Positions 9,576 through 20,470 of a DNA stretch of 64,000 bases are shown here, in pieces (position 1 is the first letter of the stretch; the number at the start of each line of letters is the position of its first letter). The translations under genes and the position numbers were made by a program. The stretch is from Desulfotomaculum sp. (GTDB lineage Bacteria; Bacillota; Desulfotomaculia; Desulfotomaculales; Nap2-2B): the NCBI GenBank assembly GCA_003513005.1, contig DOTD01000017.1, forward strand, positions 758 through 64,757, written 5' to 3'. The notes under the pieces were generated by a model. It worked only from the letters and a program-made list of their open reading frames with translations. It did not search any database and had not been told where the DNA came from.

Positions 9576-10091
9576 TTAACTTCTTTTACGACGCCATTTT
9601 TCAAAAATCGAACGGACATTTTCAGTTAAGCTTCTCTCCAGATAACCGTCAACAGGTGTTCCGCCTGTATAATGACCTTCTGCATCTTTTTTTGCACGTT
9701 CCACCCAGGACAGGAGTTCTTTAGGTGTAAGCCGGAATGCTCCGTGTCCAAGTATCATCCGCTGTTCCAGCCAATCTGATGTTGCCACATAAACGGTTTC
9801 CAGCCTCGACAGCTCCTTCGTGAGTTTTTCAATGACGTTGTCGGCGGTTTCTCCTTCCATAGTATAAATTGCTTTTAGCCCGAAAGTATTTTCAATCTCA
9901 TGCTGTGAGTCTTTTGTTTTTGCAGCGTCGAAAACAATCGTTGTTTGAATACCGGTTATAGCGGCATGGTTGATTAATGTATTAATGAGCCTGTTTCTTG
10001 CGCTTTCCAGACCATTCTTTTTCATTTCATCAGATGTTTCCGGCCAGGCAAAAATAACATTATAACCATCAACGATCAGGTGGTCTCCCAT
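9576..10091 (-). CDS. NYN-domain ribonuclease (YacP/Rae1 family)
   Basis: LIVDGYNVI, VFDA, ETADNVIE and VATSD motifs; conserved position upstream of sigH. Confidence 0.9.
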   Translation of the reverse strand: MGDHLIVDGYNVIFAWPETSDEMKKNGLESARNRLINTLINHAAITGIQTTIVFDAAKTKDSQHEIENTFGLKAIYTMEGETADNVIEKLTKELSRLETVYVATSDWLEQRMILGHGAFRLTPKELLSWVERAKKDAEGHYTGGTPVDGYLERSLTENVRSIFEKWRRKRS

Positions 10092-10839
10092 GAGCAGCCA
10101 ATCTCCTTTGCCTGAATACTTCATAAGCCAGCAGGGCTGCGGCTACAGAAGCATTTAATGAATTTAACCTGCCTGTCATTGGCAAACTAACAAGGATATC
10201 GCAATATTTTCTAATCAGGGGGCCGAGTCCCTTACCCTCGCCTCCTATGACAAGAGCTACAGGTCCATCAAGGCGGGAATCCCAAAAAATCTCTTTTGCC
10301 AAAGGGTGTGCTCCTACTATCCAAATATTTTTTTGCTTAAGATATTTTATTGTCTGGACCATGTTTGTTACCCTGCATACAGGCACGTATTCGAATGCTC
10401 CTGCCGAGGCTTTAACAGCCGCCGGCGTGAGTGATACACTGCGATGCGCTGTAATTACTAGACCATGCGCGCCGGCTGCTTCAGCGGTACGGGCAATGGC
10501 GCCAAGGTTGCGCGGATCATTAAGTTCCGGCAGAAGGAATAAGAATGGCTCTGCCCCTGCGGAAAGCAATAACTCATCAATCGAAAGATAACCTTTAGCG
10601 GCGCTTATGGCAGCGGTACCCTGGTGTACGACTCCGGGGAACATTTTATCCAGGTATGTTCTTTCGACAAAGACAACGGGAATATTTTTCTCTCTGGCCA
10701 GCATTCTGATTTCATGCCCGGGGCCGGTGTCTGTTTTTCCGGCCAGAAGAAGCTTGTTGATTGGGCGGTTGGCCTTTAGAGCCTCTCGCACAGGATTGCG
10801 CCCGACAATATAATCTTCATGTACCCTGTCCGGGTTCAC
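10069..10839 (-). CDS. rlmB: 23S rRNA (Gm2251) methyltransferase, TrmH/SpoU family
   Basis: GRNPVRE, DPRNLGAIARTA, IGGEGKG and SLNASVA motifs. Confidence 0.93.
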   Translation of the reverse strand: MNPDRVHEDYIVGRNPVREALKANRPINKLLLAGKTDTGPGHEIRMLAREKNIPVVFVERTYLDKMFPGVVHQGTAAISAAKGYLSIDELLLSAGAEPFLFLLPELNDPRNLGAIARTAEAAGAHGLVITAHRSVSLTPAAVKASAGAFEYVPVCRVTNMVQTIKYLKQKNIWIVGAHPLAKEIFWDSRLDGPVALVIGGEGKGLGPLIRKYCDILVSLPMTGRLNSLNASVAAALLAYEVFRQRRLAAHGRPPDR

Positions 10840-10896
10840 CTAAGATTTCACCTGCTTTTTAGCAATTTGAAAACACTCTTGCATCAAGGAGGTCGT

Positions 10897-11328
10897 TCAC
10901 CTAAGCTCAAAATTTTCGCTTGCGTCGACCGCCTCACGTGCCATTGTTAAAACTTCCTGGAGACGGGTATAATTCCTCTTTAAATACAGATAACCAATAA
11001 GCGCCTCCAAGCCTGTACTATAATGGTAAAGACCTATATCTTTGCCCTTTTTCGGATGTCCGCTTTTAGCGTTGCGTCCTCTTCTGACCACTGCCGCTTC
11101 ATCGTCACTTAAACTTTTCTCAAGAGACCGTATGGCAATTGCCTGTTTTTCGGCCTGCACATAACCTGTTGCTTTTTGATGTAATACATTAAGCCGTGTT
11201 ATACCCTGTTCAATAAGATACTGGCGGATGTACAAGTCATAAACAGCATCTCCCAGGTAAGCCAGTACTAAAACCGGGGTTTCTTCGGGAGAGCATTTTT
11301 CATTTTGCAAAAAACTATTCACTTCCAT
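10897..11328 (-). CDS. mrnC: Mini-ribonuclease III
   Basis: LAYLGDAVY, RRGRNAKS and TGLEALIGYLYL motifs; follows cysS. Confidence 0.93.
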   Translation of the reverse strand: MEVNSFLQNEKCSPEETPVLVLAYLGDAVYDLYIRQYLIEQGITRLNVLHQKATGYVQAEKQAIAIRSLEKSLSDDEAAVVRRGRNAKSGHPKKGKDIGLYHYSTGLEALIGYLYLKRNYTRLQEVLTMAREAVDASENFELR

Positions 11329-11434
11329 TATAACTACCCCGGAAAATAGTTTTTCATATCAAATAAGGGGTCAGGCTTGACTTATTACAAATATTGACTT
11401 ATTGGATATCTTTCATTGAACCCTTTGGACGGTT

Positions 11435-12883
11435 CTATTGAGTACTTATTTTCCATCTGGCGCCGTCCGGAGTATCTTCTATTATAATTCCCATTTCATT
11501 CAGACCGTTGCGGATCCGGTCGGCTGTTGCCCAATCTTTTTTTGTGCGGGCTTCCTGACGGATTTTAAGAAGCAGCTCAATTAAAGATTGGATAAGGCTG
11601 TCGTCGGTGTGTGATTTCTCATCAAGGATGAATTTTCCGTCGGGATCTGTTTTAAACAGACCCAGAACATTGTTAAAATAGGCATACAACTCAATTGCCC
11701 TGACTAAATCAGCTTTATCAAATATTGTGTTTTGGTTTAAAAACGTATTTACTTCTTTGGCAGCTTCGAAGAAAACACCGATGGCCAGAGCAGTGTTAAA
11801 GTCATCATCCATTGCCTGGTTAAAACGCTTTTTTAAATCGATAAGCCTTGTTTGAAAATCTGAATCCTTTTCTTTAAGCCCGGCTGACGACCGTTTTTTA
11901 ATGGCCTCCTCAAGAAGTTCAATGCTGTTTTTTAGACGTTCCAATCCTTGTCCGGATGCTTCCAGTTTTTCGAAATCAAAATCTAACGGACTGCGGTAAT
12001 GTGTGGAAAGAAGGAAAAAGCGGACAGAAAGGGGATTGAATTTTTCAAAGATTTCTCTGACCAAAAAAAAGTTGCCTAATGATTTTGACATCTTATCCTG
12101 GTTAATGGTTATAAAGCCATTATGAATCCAGTATTTCGCAAAAGGTTTTCCTGTAGCGGCTTCTGATTGGGCGATTTCATTTTCATGGTGGGGGAAGATC
12201 AGGTCCATCCCGCCTCCGTGAATGTCAAAACCGGAACCAAGGTATTTTAAAGACATTACCGAACATTCTATGTGCCAGCCAGGTCTGCCGGCGCCCCAGG
12301 GGCTTTCCCAGAAGGGTTCGCCTTCTTTGGCTGCCTTCCAGAGTGCAAAATCCGCCGGGGTTTTTTTTCTGGGATCTACCTCTACCCTTGCGCCAGCCAG
12401 TATTTCATCGCTTGATCTATGGGATAGTTTGCCATATTCACGGAAAGACGGAACATCAAAATATACATCACCTTCGACTTCATAGGCAAATCCTTTCTCT
12501 ATTAAGACAGAGACCATTTCTATAATTTCTTTCATGTGCTCGGAAACCCTGGGATGGCGGTTTGCTCTTGTTACGTTTAAAGCATCGGCATCCCTGTAAT
12601 ATTCTTCAATATATCTTTGGGAGAGAACTGCTGCGTCTAAACCTTCCTTAATGGATTTTTTGATGATCTTGTCGTCGATATCCGTAAAGTTCTGGACATA
12701 GTTAACCTGAAAGCCTTGCTGTGTGAAGTAGCGGCGAACAGTATCGAAGAAAACAAGAGGCCGGGCATTTCCAAGATGGATATAGTTGTAGGTCGTAGGG
12801 CCGCATACATAAATGCATACTTGCCCGTCATCACGGGGAATAAATTTTTCTTTTCGTTTTGTTAAAGTATTATAGATCTCCAA
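11435..12883 (-). CDS. cysS: Cysteine--tRNA ligase
   Basis: CGPTTY, HLGN (HIGH-like), GRPGWHIECS and KMSKS motifs. Confidence 0.97.
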   Translation of the reverse strand: MEIYNTLTKRKEKFIPRDDGQVCIYVCGPTTYNYIHLGNARPLVFFDTVRRYFTQQGFQVNYVQNFTDIDDKIIKKSIKEGLDAAVLSQRYIEEYYRDADALNVTRANRHPRVSEHMKEIIEMVSVLIEKGFAYEVEGDVYFDVPSFREYGKLSHRSSDEILAGARVEVDPRKKTPADFALWKAAKEGEPFWESPWGAGRPGWHIECSVMSLKYLGSGFDIHGGGMDLIFPHHENEIAQSEAATGKPFAKYWIHNGFITINQDKMSKSLGNFFLVREIFEKFNPLSVRFFLLSTHYRSPLDFDFEKLEASGQGLERLKNSIELLEEAIKKRSSAGLKEKDSDFQTRLIDLKKRFNQAMDDDFNTALAIGVFFEAAKEVNTFLNQNTIFDKADLVRAIELYAYFNNVLGLFKTDPDGKFILDEKSHTDDSLIQSLIELLLKIRQEARTKKDWATADRIRNGLNEMGIIIEDTPDGARWKISTQ

Positions 12884-12900
12884 AATACACTTCCCCTTTT

Positions 12901-12963
12901 AATATCCTGAAAATTAACTTGCTCTAGGGAGGTCAAATGCTATGCGTGCTCATGTTCGCCTCA
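12901..12963. repeat. Copy of dispersed repeat immediately upstream of the cysS SD
   Basis: Identical blocks TATCCTGAAAA, TAGGGAGGTCAA, CGTGCTCA and GTTCGCCTCA shared with the reverse complement of 49373-49433. Confidence 0.8.
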
Positions 12964-13032
12964 AGCAGCGCATAAAAAAACCGAAAGTTCACAATGTATT
13001 AGACATGGCAATACTTTGGTTTGTGTGTATAA

Positions 13033-13076
13033 AAGCAATAAACCACAGCTCCAGTGGAACTGTGGTTTTATTGCTT
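13033..13076 (-). terminator. Terminator after codY
   Basis: AAGCAATAAACCACAG...CTGTGGTTTTATTGCTT inverted repeat. Confidence 0.75.
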
Positions 13077-13860
13077 AATATTGTTTAAGCCTTTCAAGCT
13101 CTTCCAGCAGCCTGTCGTTTAACACCCTGATGTACGTTCCTTTCATACCCAGGGATTTTGATTCAATGACTCCAGCGCTTTCAAATTTACGCAGAGCATT
13201 TACTATAACAGATCGAGTTATTCCTACACTATCTGCTATTTTGCTTGCTACCAGTAAGCCTTCATCACCATTTAACTCTTCAAAGATATGATGTACCGCA
13301 TCTAGTTCCGAATAAGACAGTGTGCCGATAGCAATTTGCACTGCCGCCCTCTTACGGGCTTCTTCTTCCATACGTCCTGCCCTGGCGCGCAGTATTTCCA
13401 TGCCGATAACTGTGGCGCCGTACTCAGCTAAAATAAGGTCTTCATCATTAAACTTTGGCTCAAATTTGGCTAGCATAAGAGTCCCTAATCTGGAACCAGC
13501 CCCCACAATGGGTACTACCGTCATAACTTTATTATTGAATTTACAACCTGTTTGCTGGTTAAAAACACAGACACCCGGTGTCTGTGTAAAATTTGCGTTT
13601 GTTTCATCCATATGCAGCAATGTTTCGTTGTATTCCTCAGGAAAACCAACAGGGGATTCAACAAAGTTATCCATTATTTCACAACTAAAACCTTTTAGAT
13701 ATGAGTACCCGAGGGTTTTACCGCGCCGGTCAACGATATAAACGCTGCATCCGATGTTTTCTCCAAGAATGGCCGCTATTTCTCTGAAATCAACTGGGTA
13801 TCCTGCAGATTTCTGCAGTAACCTGTTTAAGGAACGTGTTTTATCGAGAAGGTTGCGCAT
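13075..13860 (-). CDS. codY: GTP/BCAA-sensing transcriptional repressor CodY
   Basis: [47 protein letters not shown] motifs. Confidence 0.97.
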   Translation of the reverse strand: MRNLLDKTRSLNRLLQKSAGYPVDFREIAAILGENIGCSVYIVDRRGKTLGYSYLKGFSCEIMDNFVESPVGFPEEYNETLLHMDETNANFTQTPGVCVFNQQTGCKFNNKVMTVVPIVGAGSRLGTLMLAKFEPKFNDEDLILAEYGATVIGMEILRARAGRMEEEARKRAAVQIAIGTLSYSELDAVHHIFEELNGDEGLLVASKIADSVGITRSVIVNALRKFESAGVIESKSLGMKGTYIRVLNDRLLEELERLKQY

Positions 13861-13931
13861 TTTAATCAATTCCTCTCTAGGATTATTGGTCTTAACCAGG
13901 AAAACAGTTTTTTAAAGAGGAATACATTTTG

Positions 13932-15329
13932 CTATAGGATATAACGGCTAAGATCCTCGCTCTTGACTATCTCCCCGAGTTTCTGACGGACATATATTTC
14001 GTCTATAGAAATAGTTTGCCCCGTCATTTCACTAGCATTAAAAGAAATATCTTCCAGGAGCTTTTCCATAATGGTGTGAAGCCTTCTGGCGCCTATATTC
14101 TCTGTTTGCTCGTTAACAGTATAAGCGATTTTAGCAATCTCTGCAAGAGAATTTTTTGAAAATTGTATCTCTAAGCCTTCTGTTGCCATCAGACTGGTAT
14201 ATTGTTTAATAAGGGAGTTTTCAGGCTCAGTGAGAATCTGTAAAAAGTTCTGTTGGGTTAAGCTGTCAAGCTCTACCCGAAGCGGAAAACGTCCTTGAAG
14301 TTCCGGAATAAGATCGGAAGGCTTCACACCATGGAAAGCGCCTGCTGCAATAAACAGTATGTGATCAGTTCTGACAGGTCCGTATTTTGTCATTATAGTT
14401 GAACCTTCAACAATCGGCAGGATATCCCTTTGAACACCGCCCCGGGAAACATCAGGTCCATGACCGCTGTCGCGGCCAGCAATCTTATCTATCTCATCCA
14501 GAAAGACAATCCCGTCCTCTTCAGATCTTTTTATTGCTTCGGAATATACTTCATCCATGTCAATTAGCTTTTGGGCTTCCTGCTGTGTCAGGATCTTACG
14601 AGCTTCTGTTACGGTAACTTTTCTCCTGCGTTTCTTTTTGGGTAAAATTCCGCCAAGCATATCCTGAATATTAATGCCCATCTCTTCCATTCCGGAACCT
14701 GTAAAGATCTCAAGCATGGGAGGCGCCGGGTCATCAACCTCTATTTCCAGGTATTCCGTTTCAAGTTCTCCTTTAGCCAGCCTGCTGCGAAGGGTTTCTC
14801 TCTCCACCTGAATACGGCGGTTTTTTTGTTCCTGGATTTGATCAACCTGTTCTGTTTGTTTTGTTCCGCCGAAGAGCATTTCCAAGGGATTACGGAGGCT
14901 TGATTCTTGTCTGTATAGAGGAGCAAGGAGTTCAACTATTCTTTCTTCTGCTATCCTTCTCGCTTTTTCCTCAACCAGAGTAATTTTTTCTTGTTTGACC
15001 ATTCGGATGGAAGTTTCTAAAAGATCCCTGATCATGCCTTCCACATCCCTGCCTACATAGCCAATCTCGGTAAATTTTGTTGCCTCTACTTTAACAAAGG
15101 GCGCCTTAACAAGCCTTGCGAGCCTGCGCGCTATTTCTGTTTTACCAACACCGGTCGGGCCAATCATAAGAATATTCTTGGGAACTATTTCTTCCCTTAA
15201 ATCCTCGGGAAGCTTGCTGCGCCGGTACCGGTTGCGAAGTGCTATCGAAACGGCTTTTTTTGCCTTTTCCTGTCCGACAATAAATTTATTTAACTCCTTC
15301 ATAGTATCCCGCGGGGTTAATCCTTCCAT
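13932..15329 (-). CDS. hslU: ATP-dependent protease ATPase subunit HslU (ClpY)
   Basis: [20 protein letters not shown] and DEIDK motifs. Confidence 0.97.
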   Translation of the reverse strand: MEGLTPRDTMKELNKFIVGQEKAKKAVSIALRNRYRRSKLPEDLREEIVPKNILMIGPTGVGKTEIARRLARLVKAPFVKVEATKFTEIGYVGRDVEGMIRDLLETSIRMVKQEKITLVEEKARRIAEERIVELLAPLYRQESSLRNPLEMLFGGTKQTEQVDQIQEQKNRRIQVERETLRSRLAKGELETEYLEIEVDDPAPPMLEIFTGSGMEEMGINIQDMLGGILPKKKRRRKVTVTEARKILTQQEAQKLIDMDEVYSEAIKRSEEDGIVFLDEIDKIAGRDSGHGPDVSRGGVQRDILPIVEGSTIMTKYGPVRTDHILFIAAGAFHGVKPSDLIPELQGRFPLRVELDSLTQQNFLQILTEPENSLIKQYTSLMATEGLEIQFSKNSLAEIAKIAYTVNEQTENIGARRLHTIMEKLLEDISFNASEMTGQTISIDEIYVRQKLGEIVKSEDLSRYIL

Positions 15330-15347
15330 TTATGTTTTCCTCCCTTT

Positions 15348-15932
15348 TTACGTTTGCGAGTTGTTCGCTGTTTCACTGCCCTCGCGTGATAGCAAATCCG
15401 GCTTAATATCTTCGACTGTAATTTCCTTGTTGGTGTAAACACAAATATCCGAAGCTACTTCCATTGCTTCACGGACAATTTCTGAAGCTGTAAGCTGCGT
15501 ATGTTTTAACAAAGCCCTTGCCGAAGCAAGGGCGTATGGCCCGCCGGACCCGATGGCAGCTATGCCGTCGTCTGGTTCAATTACTTCCCCGCCTCCAGAT
15601 ACAACAAGCAAATGGTCAAGGTCAGCAATAATCAAGAGCGCTTCCAGCCGGCGAAGAACTTTGTCCATCCGCCATTCCTTGGCTAGTTCAACGGCTGCCC
15701 TTTGAATATTCCCATTGTGTGTCTCCAACTTGGCTTCAAATTTTTCAAAAAGAGCAAAAGCGTCAGCCACAGAACCTGCAAAACCGGCAAGTACGCGGTT
15801 GTTATATAAACGCCTAATTTTCTTTGCCCTGTGTTTTAAGATTGTATTTTGGCCGAAGGTAACCTGACCGTCACCTGCCATGGCCACCTGACCGTTTCTT
15901 CTTACTGCTACAATTGTTGTCGAATGAAACAC
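15348..15932 (-). CDS. hslV: ATP-dependent protease subunit HslV (ClpQ)
   Basis: STTIVAV N-terminal Thr, AGDGQVT and GSGG motifs. Confidence 0.97.
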   Translation of the reverse strand: MFHSTTIVAVRRNGQVAMAGDGQVTFGQNTILKHRAKKIRRLYNNRVLAGFAGSVADAFALFEKFEAKLETHNGNIQRAAVELAKEWRMDKVLRRLEALLIIADLDHLLVVSGGGEVIEPDDGIAAIGSGGPYALASARALLKHTQLTASEIVREAMEVASDICVYTNKEITVEDIKPDLLSREGSETANNSQT

Positions 15933-15962
15933 TATATAACCATCCTTCTTTATATTTTAATC

Positions 15963-16871
15963 CTATGCCCGGGGATGAAATTGCTGGTAAACTTTCTTTA
16001 ATTTCTCCTGCGTAACATGAGTATATACCTGGGTAGTCGACAGACGCTTATGGCCGAGCAACTCCTGGACTGCTCTTATATCAGCTCCCTTGTTCAACAT
16101 GTGAGTGGCATAAGTATGGCGAATCAGGTGGGGGTTTACATGACGGTTAAGGCAGCTTTTATAGACCTGTTTATTTATTATCCCCCGGATTCCCCTGGTG
16201 GTCAGTCTTTTCCCTGTTCTATTTACAAAGACCGCCTGTTCAGAATCAAGTTCGCCGGCAAGTCTGGGCCTGCCGTCCTCCAGATAAATTCTTATACTAT
16301 CGGTTGCAGGGAATCCAATGGGTATAATCCGTTCTTTATTACCCTTGCCCATAAGCTTTAAATAACGGGAAGTCAGGTCAAGATCACTTAAATTTAAATT
16401 AACCAATTCACTAACCCGCATACCTGAAGCATAGAGAGTTTCCAGCATGGCGCGATCCCTTAAGCCTAAAGGGTTATTTCTTGATGGGGCTTCAACCAGC
16501 GCCCTGCATTCATCTTCGAATAAAAACGAAGGCAGCCGTTTCTCCAGCCGCAAGTAGCTTATTCTGGAAAACGGGTTGTCTTTAATTATTTCTTCCCTGC
16601 TTAAATATTTAAAGAAAGATCTCCAGCCAGCCAGCTTTCTGTTAATGCTGGAACGGGCAATTTTTTCCCTGTGCAGTTTCGATAAAAAAGCCCGAATAAG
16701 CTGGTAGCTAATATCGCCTGGCTGCATTTCAAAATCTTTTTTTCCAAGAGAATGTGAAAAAAAATCTATTCCCTGAAACAGGTCTCGCTGGTAACCTTCC
16801 AGCGTGTGGACAGAAACATTTTTTTCTAACTGCAGATAGTCAAGAAAATTGTCAACATATGGATACATCAA
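15963..16871 (-). CDS. xerC: Tyrosine recombinase XerC (CodV)
   Basis: YASGMRVSE, GKGNKER, HLIRHTYATH and LGH...TTQVY motifs; conserved position before hslV. Confidence 0.9.
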   Translation of the reverse strand: MMYPYVDNFLDYLQLEKNVSVHTLEGYQRDLFQGIDFFSHSLGKKDFEMQPGDISYQLIRAFLSKLHREKIARSSINRKLAGWRSFFKYLSREEIIKDNPFSRISYLRLEKRLPSFLFEDECRALVEAPSRNNPLGLRDRAMLETLYASGMRVSELVNLNLSDLDLTSRYLKLMGKGNKERIIPIGFPATDSIRIYLEDGRPRLAGELDSEQAVFVNRTGKRLTTRGIRGIINKQVYKSCLNRHVNPHLIRHTYATHMLNKGADIRAVQELLGHKRLSTTQVYTHVTQEKLKKVYQQFHPRA

Positions 16872-19033
16872 GTTGTTGCCTTCTTTATTACTACGTTATT
16901 ACTTGCATTTCTTTTCTTGGTTTTTTTCTGATCAGCTTTTCGACTTGGAACGCTATTTTCCGCTTCTGAATTAAAGCCGCACTCAGCATTAATGCATGAA
17001 AGACGGGTATGTCCACCGCTATTCTGCTTTGAGACCATTAATCCGCCACAGCGGGGGCATTTTTCCGGACTGGGCTCATACCAGGTCACAAAGTTGCATT
17101 CGGGATAACGGCTGCAGCCGAAAAAACGGCGTCCTTTCTTACTTTGCCGCACGACCAGTTCACCTTCGCATTGTGGACAGGGTACTCCCGTAGATGCAAC
17201 CAAAGGTTTAAGATAGCGGCATTCCGGAAATCCCGGACAGGCAAGAAATTTGCCGTGCCTGCCGAACTTGATAACCATATTTCTGCCGCATTTTATGCAT
17301 TTTTCTTCAGTTTGTTCTTCCTGCAGCATTACTTTTTCGATCTTTTCAGCTGCGGTCTCGACGGTTTCCCTGAAAGGAAAATAAAAATCCCGAATCATTT
17401 CGACCCAATCCAGTTTACCTTCTTCGACTTTGTCGAGTTTTTCCTCAATCATTGCTGTAAATTCAACATCTATAATGTTATGAAAATGATTTTTAAGAAG
17501 ATCGACAACAACTTTGCCCAATTCAGTAGGCATAAACTGCTTTTTTAACCTGTTCACATAACCTCGTCTTAAGATTGTCTCCACGATTGGAGCATAAGTA
17601 CTGGGCCTGCCAATTCCTTTCTCCTCCAGTGTTTTAATTAATGTTGCGTCTGTATACCGTGGAGGCGGTTGTGTGAAATGTTGTTTCGGGGCCAAAGACT
17701 TGGCTTTATATAGATCGCCTTCAAAAAGCTTTGGCAGTGTTACGTCAAATTCCTTTAATTCATCCTGGCCGGATTCAATGTAAACACGCATGAAGCCGGG
17801 AAATTTTATAACCGAACCTGAAGTTCTGAAAAGATAGATTCCTGTATCCAGATCTACACTGGTAGTTTCAATCAGCGCCGGACTCATCTGGCTGGCGGCA
17901 AACCGTGACCAAATAAGTTTGTAAAGTTTATACTGGTCTCTTGATAAATATTTCTTAACCGTCTCCGGTTCACGGTAGATGGAGGTCGGTCTGATAGCCT
18001 CATGGGCATCCTGAATTTTCCCTTTTTGTACGGCATGTTTTTGAAAGTTTGAGACGAATTCCTGGCCAAACTTTTCCTTAAGAAAACTCACTGCCTCTGT
18101 CTGGGCAGATTCAGAGATCCTGGTGGAATCAGTCCTTATATATGTCACAAGCCCAACAGGGGTTTTCTCACCTACATCCAGTCCTTCGTATAGTTGCTGT
18201 ACGATCCCCATTGTTCGTCTGGCTGTATAATTTAATTTGTGGTATGCTTCCTGCTGCAGGGTACTGGTTGTAAACGGCGGAGACGGGTAGCGGGTTTTTT
18301 CCTGAGTCGTAATCTTTTTTACACGGTAGGAAACTCCGGTAAGATCTTTGACAATTTTATCAACCTGCTTTTTATCTGAGATGACTGCTTTTTCGTTATT
18401 TATTTTATATAACTTCGCCTCGAAGGAAACACCGTCTTTTTGAGCAAAGTTAACAGTAATCGTCCAATATTCCTCTGGCAGGAAGGATTCAATCTCGTTT
18501 TCCCGATCACAAATCAGACGGATTGCGACTGACTGCACCCGTCCCGCGCTTAGTCCATTCTTTACTTTTTGCCACAACAGGGGGCTCAGATTATAACCTA
18601 CCAGGCGGTCTAAAATACGCCGTGCTTGTTGAGAATTAACACGGTTGAAATCTATTTCACGCGGGTTTTTAATAGCTTTCTGGACGGCCTGTTTGGTTAC
18701 CTCATTGAATTCGACACGGCAGGGGCTGTCTTTTAGCTTCAGCATTTCACGCAAGTGCCAGGCAATGGCTTCACCTTCACGGTCAGGATCAGGGGCAAGT
18801 AAAACACAATCAACTTTTTTTACCGCTGATTTCAGATCTTTGATTATTTCTCCTTTTCCCCTGATTGTAATATACTTTGGTTGGAAACTGTCTTCGGTTT
18901 GAATTCCCAGGCTGCTTCGCGGCAGATCCCTTACATGCCCCATCGAAGCTTTGACAGTGTATTTACTTCCCAGGAACTTGCTTAGACTTCTTGCTTTGGT
19001 TGGTGATTCGACTATAACCAGCGTTTTTGTCAA
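16868..19033 (-). CDS. topA: DNA topoisomerase I
   Basis: IVESPTKA Toprim, DPDREGEAI, SAGRVQS, TYIRTDS and C-terminal zinc ribbons. Confidence 0.97.
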   Translation of the reverse strand: MTKTLVIVESPTKARSLSKFLGSKYTVKASMGHVRDLPRSSLGIQTEDSFQPKYITIRGKGEIIKDLKSAVKKVDCVLLAPDPDREGEAIAWHLREMLKLKDSPCRVEFNEVTKQAVQKAIKNPREIDFNRVNSQQARRILDRLVGYNLSPLLWQKVKNGLSAGRVQSVAIRLICDRENEIESFLPEEYWTITVNFAQKDGVSFEAKLYKINNEKAVISDKKQVDKIVKDLTGVSYRVKKITTQEKTRYPSPPFTTSTLQQEAYHKLNYTARRTMGIVQQLYEGLDVGEKTPVGLVTYIRTDSTRISESAQTEAVSFLKEKFGQEFVSNFQKHAVQKGKIQDAHEAIRPTSIYREPETVKKYLSRDQYKLYKLIWSRFAASQMSPALIETTSVDLDTGIYLFRTSGSVIKFPGFMRVYIESGQDELKEFDVTLPKLFEGDLYKAKSLAPKQHFTQPPPRYTDATLIKTLEEKGIGRPSTYAPIVETILRRGYVNRLKKQFMPTELGKVVVDLLKNHFHNIIDVEFTAMIEEKLDKVEEGKLDWVEMIRDFYFPFRETVETAAEKIEKVMLQEEQTEEKCIKCGRNMVIKFGRHGKFLACPGFPECRYLKPLVASTGVPCPQCEGELVVRQSKKGRRFFGCSRYPECNFVTWYEPSPEKCPRCGGLMVSKQNSGGHTRLSCINAECGFNSEAENSVPSRKADQKKTKKRNASNNVVIKKATT

Positions 19034-19140
19034 TAATACTCACTCCTTTCTTTCTGAGGTATCAACTGTCCGTTATCTTTATATGCGAGTATACATTAAA
19101 AAATAATTTTTCAAAAGTCAACAAAAAAAATGGCTAAGAT

Positions 19141-20238
19141 TTATTCATGTGAAGTATAAAGTCTGCCGGGCAGCTGTCTGACCAGTCCCTTAATTTCAAG
19201 GAACATAAGCGCTGCTAGTGTTTCCTGTGCGGAAAGTCCCAACTGCTCTATTATATCGTCAAGATCGCATGTGTTGCCAATAAGCAAACGATAAATGTTT
19301 TCTTCAACCAGGCTCATTTTTGGAAGAGTCTTTGTTTTTATTTCATCCTGCCTGAATAAACTGCCAAGCCCGATTTCTTCAAAAACATCTTCTGTCTTTT
19401 CAACCAGGCGGGCGCCCTGTTTGATCAAACGGTTTGTTCCCTTACTCATGGGACTGTTTATATTTCCGGGTACCGCCAGCACTTCCCTGCCCTGTTCAAG
19501 AGCGCAATCAGCTGTAATTAATGTGCCGCTTCGCTCAGATGCTTCAATCACAACTATTGCCCTGGAAAGTCCGCTGATAATCCGGTTTCTGACAGGAAAA
19601 TGCCATGCTTCCGGAGGAGAGCCCAAAGGGTATTCACTGATTACTGCGCCGCTTGACGAAATATTATCCTGAAGTTCCCTGTTTTCTCGCGGGTAAACAA
19701 GATCAACGCCATTCCCCAAGACTGCAATAGTCCGGCCGCCAGCTTTCAAAGCTCCCCTGTGGGCGCTGCTGTCAATACCCCTGGCCAGGCCGCTGATTAT
19801 TGTTAAGCCGCTTTCCGCTAGTTCTGCCGCCATCTTTTCGGCAACTGTTTTTCCGTAATGGGTTGGCCGCCTTGAGCCTACAAGGGCAACTGCAACGTTA
19901 TCCTGTGAAACGAAATCTCCTTTATAAAAGAGTCCTGGCGGTGGATCAAAAATGTTCTTCAATGGTTCGGGATAAGAATGTTCCTGGTAAGTTATATATC
20001 CAATCCCCTCTTTGGCCAGGCGAGCCATTTCTGCTTCCGGTTCCGTATCTTTCTTCTTTTTGTCCAAATTTATGGCAATTTCAGTTGAACAACCGCCAGT
20101 GCTGATAAGTTCTTTGACAGATGCTTCCCAGGCTGTTTTGGGTGAACCAAAACGCTCAACAAGATGCCAGATCCGTTTTGCCTGACCGGGCAGCAGAATC
20201 TGCCAGCCAAGCCAAAAAGCTTTTTCCTTCATATTCAT
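19141..20238 (-). CDS. dprA: DNA-processing protein DprA
   Basis: VGSRRPT, SGLARGID, FPVRNRIISGLS and SGTLITA motifs; SD-supported ATG at 20238. Confidence 0.93.
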   Translation of the reverse strand: MNMKEKAFWLGWQILLPGQAKRIWHLVERFGSPKTAWEASVKELISTGGCSTEIAINLDKKKKDTEPEAEMARLAKEGIGYITYQEHSYPEPLKNIFDPPPGLFYKGDFVSQDNVAVALVGSRRPTHYGKTVAEKMAAELAESGLTIISGLARGIDSSAHRGALKAGGRTIAVLGNGVDLVYPRENRELQDNISSSGAVISEYPLGSPPEAWHFPVRNRIISGLSRAIVVIEASERSGTLITADCALEQGREVLAVPGNINSPMSKGTNRLIKQGARLVEKTEDVFEEIGLGSLFRQDEIKTKTLPKMSLVEENIYRLLIGNTCDLDDIIEQLGLSAQETLAALMFLEIKGLVRQLPGRLYTSHE

Positions 20239-20440
20239 TATTCTCACCACTTTTTTATGGCATTCGTTGAAGGAAGCATGATCTCCTGCCAAATCAGATA
20301 ATATTTTCTATTTAAAACACTAATTACATAGTGGAGATATTTCAATCGTCAATCCCTTGATTAACGCCAAATTGGTCTCTATAACGAAGAAGTTTTGGAT
20401 TTTGAAATGCCAAAATCACCAATTTATCAACTTTTTCAAA

Positions 20441-20470
20441 CAGAATATCTCTATTCAGAATATCTCTATT
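20441..20470. repeat. 15-bp direct tandem duplication (CAGAATATCTCTATT x2)
   Basis: Seen directly in the dprA/tRNA-Gly intergenic region. Confidence 0.85.

Noticed and set aside
15963-16871. Tyrosine recombinase as a phage or island integrase
   Set aside because: It sits in the conserved topA-xerC-hslVU-codY block with no mobile genes nearby.
20441-20470. Possible CRISPR remnant
   Set aside because: Two abutting 15-bp units with no spacer and no cas genes. No CRISPR array was seen in the window.
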